This document shows positions 18,428 to 28,647 of a DNA stretch of 64,000 bases, in pieces. The stretch's first letter is position 1; the number at the start of each line of letters is the position of its first letter. The stretch spans positions 504,098 to 568,097 of the forward strand of contig JABGXB010000002.1 in NCBI GenBank assembly GCA_018675975.1. The letters are read 5' to 3'. The notes under the pieces were generated by a model. The model did not search any database. It saw only the letters and a program-made list of their open reading frames with translations, and was not told the DNA's origin. The DNA is from Candidatus Woesearchaeota archaeon (GTDB taxonomy: Archaea; Nanobdellota; Nanobdellia; Woesearchaeales; JABGXB01). Both the position numbers and the translations under genes were made by a program.

Positions 18428-19720
18428 TTATAATTCAACTTTTTTATCAATTTTTAAACAAACACCTGCAGCTACTGTTGCACCACTATCTCTAATTGCA
18501 AATTTAGATAATTGTGGAACTGTATCTTTAGTTTCGATAACTGTTGGAGTTGTTGGTTTTAATCTAACAATTGCTGTGTCACCGTTTCTTAACATATCAG
18601 GTTTTTCTTCAACAACTTGTCCTGATGCAGGATCTAACTTTGCTTGAATTTCTAAAAATTGACAAGCTACCTGTGATGTGTGAATATGACATACAGGTGT
18701 ATAACCTACAGTTAAAACTGATGGGTGATTGATAACAGTAATCATTGCAGTAAATTCTTCTGCAATTGTAGGAACATTACTTGCATCTCCAAGTACATCT
18801 CCTCTTGCTACGTCTCTTTTGTTAAATCCTCTTATTGAAATACCAACATTGTCACCTGGAACAGCTTGTGGCATGTTTTGGTGATGCATTTCAATTGATT
18901 TAATTTCACCATGAACACCTTTACCTTCTCTTCCTGGTACTGCAGTTACTTTTTGTCCAACTTTTAATATACCTGTTTCAATTTTTCCTACTGGAACACA
19001 ACCAATACCTGTAATATTATAAGCATCTTGTACTGGAATTCTTAAAGGTAAGTCAACTGGTTTTTCAGGAACATCAAAACTATCTAATGTTTGTAATAAT
19101 GTTTTTCCGTCATACCATGACATGTTTTCTGATTTATTTACAATATTTTGTCCTTGTAATGAAACTGTTGGAATGAATCCTTTAATTTGTTCATCTCTAA
19201 ATCCACTACCTTTTAATAATTTAGTAACTTCATCTTTTACTGCATTAAATCTATCTTGACTATATTGTTGTAAATCCATTTTATTTACTAATACAACAAC
19301 TTGATCAATACCTTGAACTTTTGCAAGGAATGCATGTTCTTTTGTTTGTGCATTAATACCATCATTAGCTGCAACAACAAGAACTGCTGCATCTGCTTGT
19401 GATGCACCTGTAATCATGTTTTTAATAAAATCTTTGTGCCCTGGAGCATCAATAATTGTGTATCTAAATTTATCAGTTTTAAATTCCATGTGTGATAAAT
19501 CTATTGTAACTCCTCTTTCTTGTTCTTCTTTTAGATTGTCCATTACGTATGCAAATTCAAAACCTGCTTTACCTTTTTCTTGAGCAAGTTTTTTTAACTT
19601 TTCCATTTTTTGTGCGTCAAATGCACCTGCATCAAATACTAATCTTCCTACTGATGTTGATTTTCCGTGGTCTACGTGACCGATAAAAACAACATTAATG
19701 TGTTCTAATTCTTTTGCCAT
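18428..19720 (-). CDS. tuf: Translation elongation factor EF-1alpha
   Basis: GHVDHGKST, ERGVTID, DAPGH, NKMD and FAIRD motifs. Confidence 0.98.
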   Translation of the reverse strand: MAKELEHINVVFIGHVDHGKSTSVGRLVFDAGAFDAQKMEKLKKLAQEKGKAGFEFAYVMDNLKEEQERGVTIDLSHMEFKTDKFRYTIIDAPGHKDFIKNMITGASQADAAVLVVAANDGINAQTKEHAFLAKVQGIDQVVVLVNKMDLQQYSQDRFNAVKDEVTKLLKGSGFRDEQIKGFIPTVSLQGQNIVNKSENMSWYDGKTLLQTLDSFDVPEKPVDLPLRIPVQDAYNITGIGCVPVGKIETGILKVGQKVTAVPGREGKGVHGEIKSIEMHHQNMPQAVPGDNVGISIRGFNKRDVARGDVLGDASNVPTIAEEFTAMITVINHPSVLTVGYTPVCHIHTSQVACQFLEIQAKLDPASGQVVEEKPDMLRNGDTAIVRLKPTTPTVIETKDTVPQLSKFAIRDSGATVAAGVCLKIDKKVEL

Positions 19721-19759
19721 TTTTAATTCCTCGATATTTTATTCTAATTTTATAACTAA

Positions 19760-19790
19760 AGGTTAAACCTGCTTTTTATAAGTTTAACCT
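19760..19790. promoter_or_regulatory. 9-bp inverted repeat AGGTTAAAC-n13-GTTTAACCT enclosing a TATA-like box upstream of tuf
   Basis: Seen directly in the fusA-tuf spacer. Confidence 0.45.
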
Positions 19791-19807
19791 CTTTGATTAA
19801 AAAGTCC

Positions 19808-21964
19808 CTAAAGACCTTTTCTTTGTTTAATTTTTGCAACAGTAGCATCTTGTAATTCAAAAGGTAACATTTCAAATCTTTGATCTAATACAAAAGAACT
19901 ACCTCTACCACCTGTTGCACTTCTCAAATCTGATGAAAAACCTATTATTAATTCTGAAACTGGCATGTCTGCTAATGCAGTCAATGTGCTTTCTTCAGTT
20001 TCCATATTTAATAACTGGCCTCTTTTATTTGAGATTAATCTGGAGATCTCACCCATATAATCAGAAGGTGCTTCAAATTGTATTTTTTGAATTGGTTCTA
20101 ATAATACTGGTCTTGCATCTAATATTGCGGTTCTAATACCTTCTCTTACTGCAGGATATAATTGTCCAGGTCCTCTGTGGATTGCATCTTCGTGTAATTT
20201 TGTTTCTGTTAATGTAATAATCATATAAGTGCACGGTTCTTTTGCAATTGCTCCTGCTTTCATAACATCTTCAAACATGTCTAAAACCATTTCTATTATT
20301 TCATTAAGATGCACTTCTCCTCTTGTACCATCAACAAAAATACAATTATTAAAAATATCTCTTACTTTTTTCGCAGTATCATTATCGAAACCTGCTGCCT
20401 TTAATGAATCAAGAACTTTTTGATCTTTCTTTTTAATTCTACCTGAATGTATATTACCTTCTTTGAAAGCTTCTTTTAATTCATCAGACATTGGTTCTAC
20501 ATTAAAATACAATCTATTGTGTTTATTTGGTGATTTTCCTTCTGCTGCATTTGGTGTTGAATTTAATATTGACTCTCTATAAACAACAACGGGTGCACCC
20601 ATTTTAATTTTTACACCTTTTTCACTAATAATTCTATTTTCAATAATTTCTAAATGTAATTCACCCATACCACTCATTAAGTGTTCTCCTGTTTCTTCAT
20701 TAATTTCAATTTTAATTGAAGGATCTTCTTTTCCAACTGCTCTTAGGACTTCTAATAATTTTTTCAAATCACCTGGATTTGCAGCTTCAATTGATTTAGT
20801 TACAACAGGATCAAAAATATGTTTTAATTCTTCAAATGGTGAAACTTCACCGATGGCCATTGTGTCACCTGGCACTCCTTTCAAACCTGAAATTCCTATT
20901 ATATTTCCTGCTGGGACATTATCAACAATTTCTCTTTTTGCACCATTGTAAATAAATACTTGTTGAACTCTACAATCTTGTTGTGCTAATTGTAATCTTA
21001 CTTGTTCTCCTTTTTTTATTGTTCCTGCAAAAACTCTTCCTGTTGAAATTTCTCCTGCTTGTTTGTCAACTACTACTTTTGTAATTACAAAAACTGGTTT
21101 TCCATTTGGATCGCAATTAACTAATTCTTTACCCATTTCACTATCTAAATCCCCAGTCCATAATTTATCAATTCTATATTTTGAAGATGCATTTGGTGAT
21201 GGAAGATGTTCAATAACTGCTCCTAATAAGCAATCATGTAATGGAATTTTTTTAGCTAATTCTTTTCTTGTATCTTGTGTATATGCTTCATAAATATCTT
21301 TAAACGTTATTCCTTTTTTTGTCATATAAGGAATTGACAAAGCCCAATTGTGGAATGCTGAACCAAAACATACACTACCTTTTGTTGCATCTAATTGCCA
21401 CTTGTTTCCATATTCTTCTCCTGCAATACTTATTATTAATTTATTTACTAAATCAATTATTTTTGCAAGTCTTGGAAGTAAGTCTTCTGGTTTTAATTGT
21501 AATTCTTGAATCAGTCTATCAACTTTGTTAATAAATAAAATTGGTTTAACTCTTTCTTTTAGTGCTTGCCTTAGAACAGTTTCTGTTTGAGGCATTATAC
21601 CTTCAACTGCACAAGAAAGAACAACAGCACCATCAACAGCTCTCATTGCTCTTGTAACATCTCCACCAAAATCAACGTGACCTGGTGTGTCAATTAAATT
21701 AATTAAATGTTCTTTTCCTTCTATCTCATGAACCATTGATACACTTGCCGAATCAATTGTAATTCCTCTTTCAGCTTCATCTTCTTTAAAATCTAATGCT
21801 CTTGCTTGGCCTGCTAAGTGTTCACTCATCATTCCTGCACCAGATAATAAATTATCTGAAAGTGTTGTTTTTCCGTGATCAATATGTGCACATATTGCTA
21901 TATTTCTTATGTTATCTGGATCTTTCATAATCCGCGTAACTTTATCAACCATCTTTTCTGCCAT
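19808..21964 (-). CDS. fusA: Translation elongation factor EF-2
   Basis: AHIDHGKTT, DTPGHVDF, NKVD, GMGELH; diphthamide loop HEDAIHRG. Confidence 0.98.
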   Translation of the reverse strand: MAEKMVDKVTRIMKDPDNIRNIAICAHIDHGKTTLSDNLLSGAGMMSEHLAGQARALDFKEDEAERGITIDSASVSMVHEIEGKEHLINLIDTPGHVDFGGDVTRAMRAVDGAVVLSCAVEGIMPQTETVLRQALKERVKPILFINKVDRLIQELQLKPEDLLPRLAKIIDLVNKLIISIAGEEYGNKWQLDATKGSVCFGSAFHNWALSIPYMTKKGITFKDIYEAYTQDTRKELAKKIPLHDCLLGAVIEHLPSPNASSKYRIDKLWTGDLDSEMGKELVNCDPNGKPVFVITKVVVDKQAGEISTGRVFAGTIKKGEQVRLQLAQQDCRVQQVFIYNGAKREIVDNVPAGNIIGISGLKGVPGDTMAIGEVSPFEELKHIFDPVVTKSIEAANPGDLKKLLEVLRAVGKEDPSIKIEINEETGEHLMSGMGELHLEIIENRIISEKGVKIKMGAPVVVYRESILNSTPNAAEGKSPNKHNRLYFNVEPMSDELKEAFKEGNIHSGRIKKKDQKVLDSLKAAGFDNDTAKKVRDIFNNCIFVDGTRGEVHLNEIIEMVLDMFEDVMKAGAIAKEPCTYMIITLTETKLHEDAIHRGPGQLYPAVREGIRTAILDARPVLLEPIQKIQFEAPSDYMGEISRLISNKRGQLLNMETEESTLTALADMPVSELIIGFSSDLRSATGGRGSSFVLDQRFEMLPFELQDATVAKIKQRKGL

Positions 21965-21973
21965 TTAATTCAC

Positions 21974-22462
21974 CTATATAACGTATTTTTCATAAACAGT
22001 TTGATAATCATGTAATTCATTTTTATCAAACCATAAAGTTAATTCTCTTTTCGCATCATTTTCGTCAGCTGATGCATGGATTAAATTTGCTACAATTCTT
22101 TCATTTGTATTTGCATAATGTTTTGAAATGTGACAAAAATCTCCTCTTATTGTTCCTGGTGTGGATTCATTTGGATATGTGGATCCAATTAATTTTCTTA
22201 CGACATTAATTGAATCAACTCCTTTTAGACATACAGCTATAACTGGTCCTTCTGATAAATATTTAGTTAAACCATCTAAAACTCTTTGTCCGTGTTTTTC
22301 GCCAATGTCATTATAATGATTTTCAGCGTGTTCTTTTTGAACCCATACCATTTTCATTCCAATTATTTTTAATCCAGTTCTTTCTAATCTTTTTATGATT
22401 TCTCCAGATAAAGATCTTTGAACTCCATCTGGTTTAATCAATATTAAAGTATTTTGTATCAT
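21974..22462 (-). CDS. ndk: Nucleoside diphosphate kinase
   Basis: IKPDGVQR, PGTIRGDF and NLIHAS motifs. Confidence 0.95.
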   Translation of the reverse strand: MIQNTLILIKPDGVQRSLSGEIIKRLERTGLKIIGMKMVWVQKEHAENHYNDIGEKHGQRVLDGLTKYLSEGPVIAVCLKGVDSINVVRKLIGSTYPNESTPGTIRGDFCHISKHYANTNERIVANLIHASADENDAKRELTLWFDKNELHDYQTVYEKYVI

Positions 22463-22471
22463 TTTAAAAAT

Positions 22472-22675
22472 TTATTTTTTCATAGCTGCAACTCTTACAG
22501 CTTTTTCTTTTTTGTACTCTTCAGTCCATTTAGTTCTTCTTGGTTTTCTTTTTAATTCAAGCATGTTTTTTTCACATCTTCTTGAACAAAAATTAAATAT
22601 TTTAGAGTCTTTTTTAATGAACTGAACACCTGTTCCAGGTTCTATTTCTTTTCCACAAAAATTGCATTTATCCAT
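22472..22675 (-). CDS. rpl24e: 50S ribosomal protein eL24
   Basis: CNFCGKEIEPGTG...FCSRRC. Confidence 0.95.
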   Translation of the reverse strand: MDKCNFCGKEIEPGTGVQFIKKDSKIFNFCSRRCEKNMLELKRKPRRTKWTEEYKKEKAVRVAAMKK

Positions 22676-22676
22676 T

Positions 22677-22919
22677 TTATTTATTTAATTTTCTGGCTTC
22701 GATTTCAGTTTCTCTAAGCATTATGATGTCTCCTATTCTTATTGGACCTCGAACATTTCTTCTTAATACTTTTTTTTGATCTCTTCCTTCAAGAACTTCA
22801 CATCTGACTTGTATCGCTTCACCTTTTGATCCAGTTCTTCCAACAACTTCTCTAACTACTGCTGGAACTGCATGACTAAATTCAACTCCACTTGATCTTT
22901 TTTGTTCTGGCTTTGCCAT
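22677..22919 (-). CDS. rps28e: 30S ribosomal protein eS28
   Basis: GRTGSKG and RNVRGP...LRETE motifs. Confidence 0.95.
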   Translation of the reverse strand: MAKPEQKRSSGVEFSHAVPAVVREVVGRTGSKGEAIQVRCEVLEGRDQKKVLRRNVRGPIRIGDIIMLRETEIEARKLNK

Positions 22920-22928
22920 TTAACTCAC

Positions 22929-23270
22929 CTACATTTGTGATAGAGAAGTTTTAATCTCTTCAATAATGTTTTTAGCTTCGCCTGCTTCAACTATGCTTAC
23001 TGCAATTGTTCCAACATCAATTCCTGCTGCAGCACCTAGTTCAGTTTTAGAACTAACTTCTAAATATATTACATTTTTCTCTTTTGATAATACAGGTAAA
23101 TGTAAAATAATTTCTTTAGGGTTAGCATCGCTTGACGCAATAACTAATTGTGCTTTGCCAGTTTCAATTGTTTTTGTAACTTCATTACATCCTTTTTTTA
23201 TTTTTCCAGTTGCACGTGCTAATTCAATAGCTTCGTATACTTTATCTAATAATTCTTTAGGTACTTCCAT
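22929..23270 (-). CDS. rpl7ae: 50S ribosomal protein L7Ae (eL8)
   Basis: IKKGCNEVTK and ELGAAAG motifs. Confidence 0.95.
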   Translation of the reverse strand: MEVPKELLDKVYEAIELARATGKIKKGCNEVTKTIETGKAQLVIASSDANPKEIILHLPVLSKEKNVIYLEVSSKTELGAAAGIDVGTIAVSIVEAGEAKNIIEEIKTSLSQM

Positions 23271-23479
23271 TTTTCCACCATATATATTTATTTTAATTCT
23301 TGAAATAATTTGTTGAGAATTAGTTAATCAATATCTCAACCAAATTGGTCTCATCAATATACTTTTAGGATTTTTAGTCTTTTTATAAAGCTTTTCATGT
23401 TTTTTTTTTCATATTATTAATGACACATTTATTTATAATTCAAAAAAACTATTTTATTATAAAAATTATGAGGTTGATT

Positions 23480-24343
23480 ATGAATATTAAAAGAAGTTTG
23501 ATGGATTATCCTATAGGATATAAAGATTATGATAAATTGGGGCGTGAGTCATATAAATTTTCTGACTCAATTAGTCTTGAACATTTGAGTGAATTCGATT
23601 TGAATGCATGGAATGCTGGTGATTGGCAAACTCCTATGTTTAAAGATATGGAATTGAGTGAAAATTTACTTTTTTTAACTCAAGTATTTTATGGTGATTT
23701 GACATCCAAAAGTTATTTGATTTCACTTGATAGACCCGTTAGTTTTCATTCAGAATTTAGAACTACATATCCTTTTAAAATTGAAGAAGATAAATTAAAA
23801 TTTAAAATTCCAGTTATTTCTAAATTTCAATTATTAGATACTGATTTAACTTCTAGGCCTGCAACATCAGAACATGATATGATGGATTATGAAAATTTTA
23901 CTAAATCTCGGATTCATTCGTCTATATTAGATGGAGCTTATGGTGTAATTTTTGCCCCATTGTCTTTTGGGAAAGATAAAGATACAAAAAGTGGTTATCA
24001 TACTAAAAGAGAAATCTTACCTTTTTTATTTGATGATGTAATATCTGGAAGTCATGTTAGTAGTGATGTGAGGAACGCTTTTAATTATATGGCTTCATTG
24101 GATTTAATTGGTAGAATTTTAGGTGAGGAAACTATGGTGGACAATACAATTCCAAATAGTCCTCTTATTAGTCGAGTTCATCATTCATTAGATAGAGAAA
24201 CTAAAGAATTATTTTTAGCTGCAAAATGTAGTTATAATGATTTTAAAGAAAATAAACCTTTTGAGCAAACTAGTGGCTTAATAAACGGACTTGGTTATGA
24301 TAATTTACGAGAGTATTTAACAATTATTGGGAGACCTGAATAA
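23480..24343 (+). CDS. Hypothetical protein (orphan-like)
   Basis: ORF; SD-like GAGGTTG just before ATG 23480. Confidence 0.65.
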   Translation: MNIKRSLMDYPIGYKDYDKLGRESYKFSDSISLEHLSEFDLNAWNAGDWQTPMFKDMELSENLLFLTQVFYGDLTSKSYLISLDRPVSFHSEFRTTYPFKIEEDKLKFKIPVISKFQLLDTDLTSRPATSEHDMMDYENFTKSRIHSSILDGAYGVIFAPLSFGKDKDTKSGYHTKREILPFLFDDVISGSHVSSDVRNAFNYMASLDLIGRILGEETMVDNTIPNSPLISRVHHSLDRETKELFLAAKCSYNDFKENKPFEQTSGLINGLGYDNLREYLTIIGRPE

Positions 24344-24392
24344 TTTTTTTTATTTTGCTTAATTTTTTAAACACATATTAATATTTAGTTTT

Positions 24393-26084
24393 ATGAAAGA
24401 AAAAATTAAATTTCAAATTTTATCAAATTATATTAGAAATAATGGAAAAATTGTAGATAAGGCAGTTATGGGTGTTTTATTGAAAGAAAATCCTGATTTG
24501 AAAAAAGATATTAAAAATTTAATGAGTGAAATTAAAGAAGAAATTAAAATAATTGAATCTTTAAGTGAAAAAGAAATTTTAAATTTAGTTAAAAAAGAAA
24601 AGATTGAAATTTCTAAGAAAGAAAAATCTAATGAAAAAGAATTGATTAAAGTTCCTGGTTTAATTAAAGGAAAAGTTAAAACTCGTATGGCTCCTGAGCC
24701 TTCTAAAGTTAATCATATTGGTCATGCTTTATCATTCCTTATTAATTATAAATATGCTAAAGATTATGATGGTATAAGTGTATTAAGATTTGAAGATACT
24801 AATCCAGATAATGCAACTAGTGAATTTGTTGAATCTATGAAAGATGATTTATTAAATTATATTGGTTTGAAACCGGATGAAATTATTATTGTTTCTGATC
24901 ATATGGAAAAATACTATGAGATGGCTAAACAATTAATTGAAAAAGGTCATGCTTATATGGATTTTTCAAAACAAGAAGAATTAAAAAAACAAAGAGAAAA
25001 ATTATTGCCTTCTATTTTTAGAGATAAAAGTGTAAAAGAAAATCTTAGTGATTGGAATACATTTATTTCTGGTAAGTTTAATGAAGGTGAATGTATTTTA
25101 AGATTGAAAATTAAACCAGATCATAAAAATGAAGTTATGCGTGATCCAGTTTTATTTAGGATGATGAAAAAAACTCATTGGAAACACAGTAATAAATATT
25201 GCGTTTGGCCACTTTATGATTTTGAAAATGCAATTGAAGATGGTTTAATGGGAATTACACATGTTTTTAGAAGTAATGAATTTGGTAATAAAAGAATTGA
25301 ATTACAAGATCATATTAGATCCTTATTTAATTTGAAAAATCCTTTAGTTATTCAATATGGTAGATTTAATATTAAAGGTGGAGTTAGTAAAGGAAGGGAG
25401 ATTAAAGAAATGATTGATAGTGGTGATTATTCTGGTTGGGATGATCCAAGATTAATTACATTAAAAGCATTAAAGAGAAGAGGGATTCAAAAAGAAGTTT
25501 ATGAAAAACTTTTAATTGAAATTGGACTTTCTCCAACTCAAACTAATATTGATTTTAGAACTTTAAGTTCAATCAATAGACAAATATTAGATCCTATTTC
25601 TCCTAAATATTTTTATGTTGACAACTCTATTGAAATTGAAATTAAAAATGCACCAAATTTAGAAATTAAATTTGATACATTTCCAAAAAAAAATGATAAA
25701 AGTAGAATTGTAAATACGAAAAATAAATTTCTTATTGCAAAAAATGATCTTGATAATTTTAAAGATGGTGATGTAGTTAGATTAATTGATACATTAAATT
25801 TTAAAATTGTTAATATAAAGAAAAAAATATTTGAATTTCATTCAATTGATTTTGTTTCATTTCAAAAAGAAAAAAATAAATCAAATAAAATACATTTTGT
25901 TGTTAAAACTGAATCTATAAAAGTGAAAATAATTAATGAAGATAATACTCAAACAGAAGGTTATTTGGAAAATTCTGCAAGTAAATTAAAAGAAGGTGAT
26001 ATTATTCAAGCAGAAAGATTTGGTTTTATTAAATTAGAAAAAAAGAATAAAACATTTTATCAATTTATTTTTTGTCATAAGTAA
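24393..26084 (+). CDS. gltX: Glutamate--tRNA ligase (archaeal type)
   Basis: RMAPEPS, HIGH, RFEDTNP, WPLYDF and GWDDPRL motifs. Confidence 0.95.
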   Translation: MKEKIKFQILSNYIRNNGKIVDKAVMGVLLKENPDLKKDIKNLMSEIKEEIKIIESLSEKEILNLVKKEKIEISKKEKSNEKELIKVPGLIKGKVKTRMAPEPSKVNHIGHALSFLINYKYAKDYDGISVLRFEDTNPDNATSEFVESMKDDLLNYIGLKPDEIIIVSDHMEKYYEMAKQLIEKGHAYMDFSKQEELKKQREKLLPSIFRDKSVKENLSDWNTFISGKFNEGECILRLKIKPDHKNEVMRDPVLFRMMKKTHWKHSNKYCVWPLYDFENAIEDGLMGITHVFRSNEFGNKRIELQDHIRSLFNLKNPLVIQYGRFNIKGGVSKGREIKEMIDSGDYSGWDDPRLITLKALKRRGIQKEVYEKLLIEIGLSPTQTNIDFRTLSSINRQILDPISPKYFYVDNSIEIEIKNAPNLEIKFDTFPKKNDKSRIVNTKNKFLIAKNDLDNFKDGDVVRLIDTLNFKIVNIKKKIFEFHSIDFVSFQKEKNKSNKIHFVVKTESIKVKIINEDNTQTEGYLENSASKLKEGDIIQAERFGFIKLEKKNKTFYQFIFCHK

Positions 26085-26188
26085 TTTCATGATTTATAGT
26101 TTAATTTTAAATTTATAAAAAATTATATTTTTGATTGTGTATAGTCAAATTAATATATATTTTTAAACTAATTTTATATTTTCTTTTC

Positions 26189-26659
26189 ATGGAACAAAAT
26201 AATTTACCTATAATTAGTCATGGTTTTTTGAAACAATATAGATTTCTTTATTATAATGATTGTGATCGGCCTGTATTTGATTATATAAATTCAAGTTCAA
26301 TTTTTTTAAAAAAAGGTGCTAAAGTAAAGCTTTCTGCTGGATTAATAGATAAATTTAATTTGGATTTTGAAAGTATTAAAGTTGGGGTACATTTTCTTCC
26401 TAAGTGGAAAGAAAATCTGGTAGAGCCTATAGAATCTAGTATTGTAAATTCTCAAATTGATTTTTATTTAAAGACAATAAAACCAAGTGGAGATAAAATA
26501 TATTTGGGTAGTATCAATGGCCCAAGTTATAATGGTTTTGAAAATTATCAAAAACATTTTATTGATTTTGCTAAATCTTGTTTGAAAAATAAAGAATTAT
26601 TAGATCATTTAATTGAACAATATAAATTTAAACAAGAATTAGATAAACCTTTTAATTAA
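26189..26659 (+). CDS. Hypothetical protein (orphan-like)
   Basis: ORF from ATG 26189 with TTTAAA box upstream. Confidence 0.6.
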   Translation: MEQNNLPIISHGFLKQYRFLYYNDCDRPVFDYINSSSIFLKKGAKVKLSAGLIDKFNLDFESIKVGVHFLPKWKENLVEPIESSIVNSQIDFYLKTIKPSGDKIYLGSINGPSYNGFENYQKHFIDFAKSCLKNKELLDHLIEQYKFKQELDKPFN

Positions 26660-26765
26660 TTTTGTTCTTTTTTTGACATTAAATTTATAAATTGCTTGAT
26701 TTTCTTGCATTAATATAGCCCAAGAACTGTTGATTTCGTATCAAGCCAGAAGGGTGGAGGATAAT

Positions 26766-27419
26766 ATGAATCCAGAAAAATTATTAAATGTAATTAAACA
26801 AGCCAGAGAAGGCGCAAAAAAAAGAAATTTTACACAATCATTTGATTTAATAGTTCATTTAAAAGAACTTGATTTGAAAAAACCAGAACAACAAATTGAA
26901 TTTTTTCTAAAACTTCCAAATTCTAAAGGTAGAACAAATAAGGTATGTGCATTTGTAGGTCCAGAATTATTGGATGAAGCAAAAAAATGTTGTGATGGAG
27001 TTTATCGAGAAATGGATTTTGCATCTTATGTTAAAGATAAAAAAGGTGCAAAAAAAATATCTATGCAATATGATGTTTTTATTGCACAAGCAAATTTAAT
27101 GGGTAAAGTTGCAGCAGCTTTTGGTAGGATTTTAGGCCCTAGAGGTAAAATGCCAAGCCCAAAAAGTGGTGCTGTAATTCCGCCAAAGGGAAATGTTAAA
27201 GCTGTTGTAGAAAATATGAAAAATACAATTAAGTTTTCAGCAAAACAAAGATTAACATCTCATGTTCCTATTGGTTCAGAATCTATGAAAGATGAGCAAG
27301 TTAAAGAAAATATAGAAAATTTTTATAAGACTTTGGTAAATGTATTACCTGGACGAGAAAATAATGTGAAGTTAATTACTTTAAAGCTTACTATGGGAAA
27401 ATCCATACAAATTGAATAA
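26766..27419 (+). CDS. rpl1: 50S ribosomal protein uL1
   Basis: KRNFTQSFDL and LGPRGKMP motifs; SD GGAGG before ATG 26766. Confidence 0.97.
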   Translation: MNPEKLLNVIKQAREGAKKRNFTQSFDLIVHLKELDLKKPEQQIEFFLKLPNSKGRTNKVCAFVGPELLDEAKKCCDGVYREMDFASYVKDKKGAKKISMQYDVFIAQANLMGKVAAAFGRILGPRGKMPSPKSGAVIPPKGNVKAVVENMKNTIKFSAKQRLTSHVPIGSESMKDEQVKENIENFYKTLVNVLPGRENNVKLITLKLTMGKSIQIE

Positions 27420-27421
27420 AA

Positions 27422-28270
27422 ATGGTAACTGAACAAAAATCACAAGTTGTAAATAAATTAAAAGATTTAACAGAAAAGTATAGTATAGTTGCAAGTCTAG
27501 ATTTATTTGGATTGCCTGCAAAACAATTACAAAATATGAGAGAAGAATTAAGATGTAATTGTGAAATATTAATGACAAAACATAGATTGATGACAATTGC
27601 ATTAAATGAATCTAGTAAAAAAGGTATAGGGAAACTTTCAGAAAGTTTTAGGGGTATGCCTGCATTAATTTTTACAAATGATAATCCTTTTAAATTATTT
27701 AAAAAATTAGAAAAAAGTAAAAGTCCTATTGCTGCTAAGGCTGGACAAGTTGCTCCAAAAGATATTATAGTTCCAGCGGGTTCTACTAATTTTTCACCAG
27801 GTCCAATTATTGGTGAATTAAAATCAGCAGGTATTGATGCTGGTATTATTAATGGAAAAATTGAAATTAAAAGTGATTCAACAGTTTTAAAAAAAGGTGA
27901 AACATTTACTGAAAGTTTATCTTCATTACTTGCAAGATTAGATATTAAACCTATGGAAGTAGGTCTAAATTTAGTTTCTGCATATGAAAATGGTTTGGTA
28001 TTTGATGCTGATGTATTAAAAATAGATGAAACTGCGTTTGCAGCTAAATTAGCAAGTGCAATTTCAGGTGGATTTAATTTATCAGTTGAAGTTGTTTATT
28101 TTAATAAACAAAATATTAATTTAATATTGAATAATGCTATTTCTCAAAGTAGAAATTTAGCAATAAATGAATGTTTAGTTAATAGTCAAATAATAGAAGA
28201 TATTTTAGCAAGAGCAACAGCTAATGCTAATGGTCTTAAGAGTGAATTGCAAACAAATGGTTTTGCATAA
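27422..28270 (+). CDS. rpl10: 50S ribosomal protein uL10 (P0)
   Basis: NPFKL, AKAGQVAP and PGPIIGEL motifs; position in the L1-L10-L12 operon. Confidence 0.95.
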   Translation: MVTEQKSQVVNKLKDLTEKYSIVASLDLFGLPAKQLQNMREELRCNCEILMTKHRLMTIALNESSKKGIGKLSESFRGMPALIFTNDNPFKLFKKLEKSKSPIAAKAGQVAPKDIIVPAGSTNFSPGPIIGELKSAGIDAGIINGKIEIKSDSTVLKKGETFTESLSSLLARLDIKPMEVGLNLVSAYENGLVFDADVLKIDETAFAAKLASAISGGFNLSVEVVYFNKQNINLILNNAISQSRNLAINECLVNSQIIEDILARATANANGLKSELQTNGFA

Positions 28271-28302
28271 TTATGATAAAAAAAAATAACGGAGAATAAA
28301 AA

Positions 28303-28605
28303 ATGGAATACGTATATGCTGCATTATTATTGCATAAATCAGGAAAAACAGTTGATGAAGCATCAGTTAAAAAAGTGTTAGAAGCTGCTGGTGTTTCTGT
28401 TGATGAAAGTAGAGTAAAGGCATTAATTGCTTCATTAGAAGGCGTTAATATAGACGAAGCTATGGAGAAATCTGTTGCTGCACCTGTTGCTGCTGCTCCA
28501 ACTACAAATGCTACTGCTGCTCCTGAAGCAAAACAAGAAGCAAAGAAAGAAGAAAAAAAAGAACCAGCTAGTGCTGCTGCAGGACTTGGTGCTTTATTTG
28601 GATAA
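28303..28605 (+). CDS. rpl12: 50S ribosomal protein P1 (aL12)
   Basis: [11 protein letters not shown]...GLGALFG. Confidence 0.97.
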   Translation: MEYVYAALLLHKSGKTVDEASVKKVLEAAGVSVDESRVKALIASLEGVNIDEAMEKSVAAPVAAAPTTNATAAPEAKQEAKKEEKKEPASAAAGLGALFG

Positions 28606-28647
28606 TTTTTTTTATTTTTTTATATAAAAAATAATTAGGAGAGGTAC

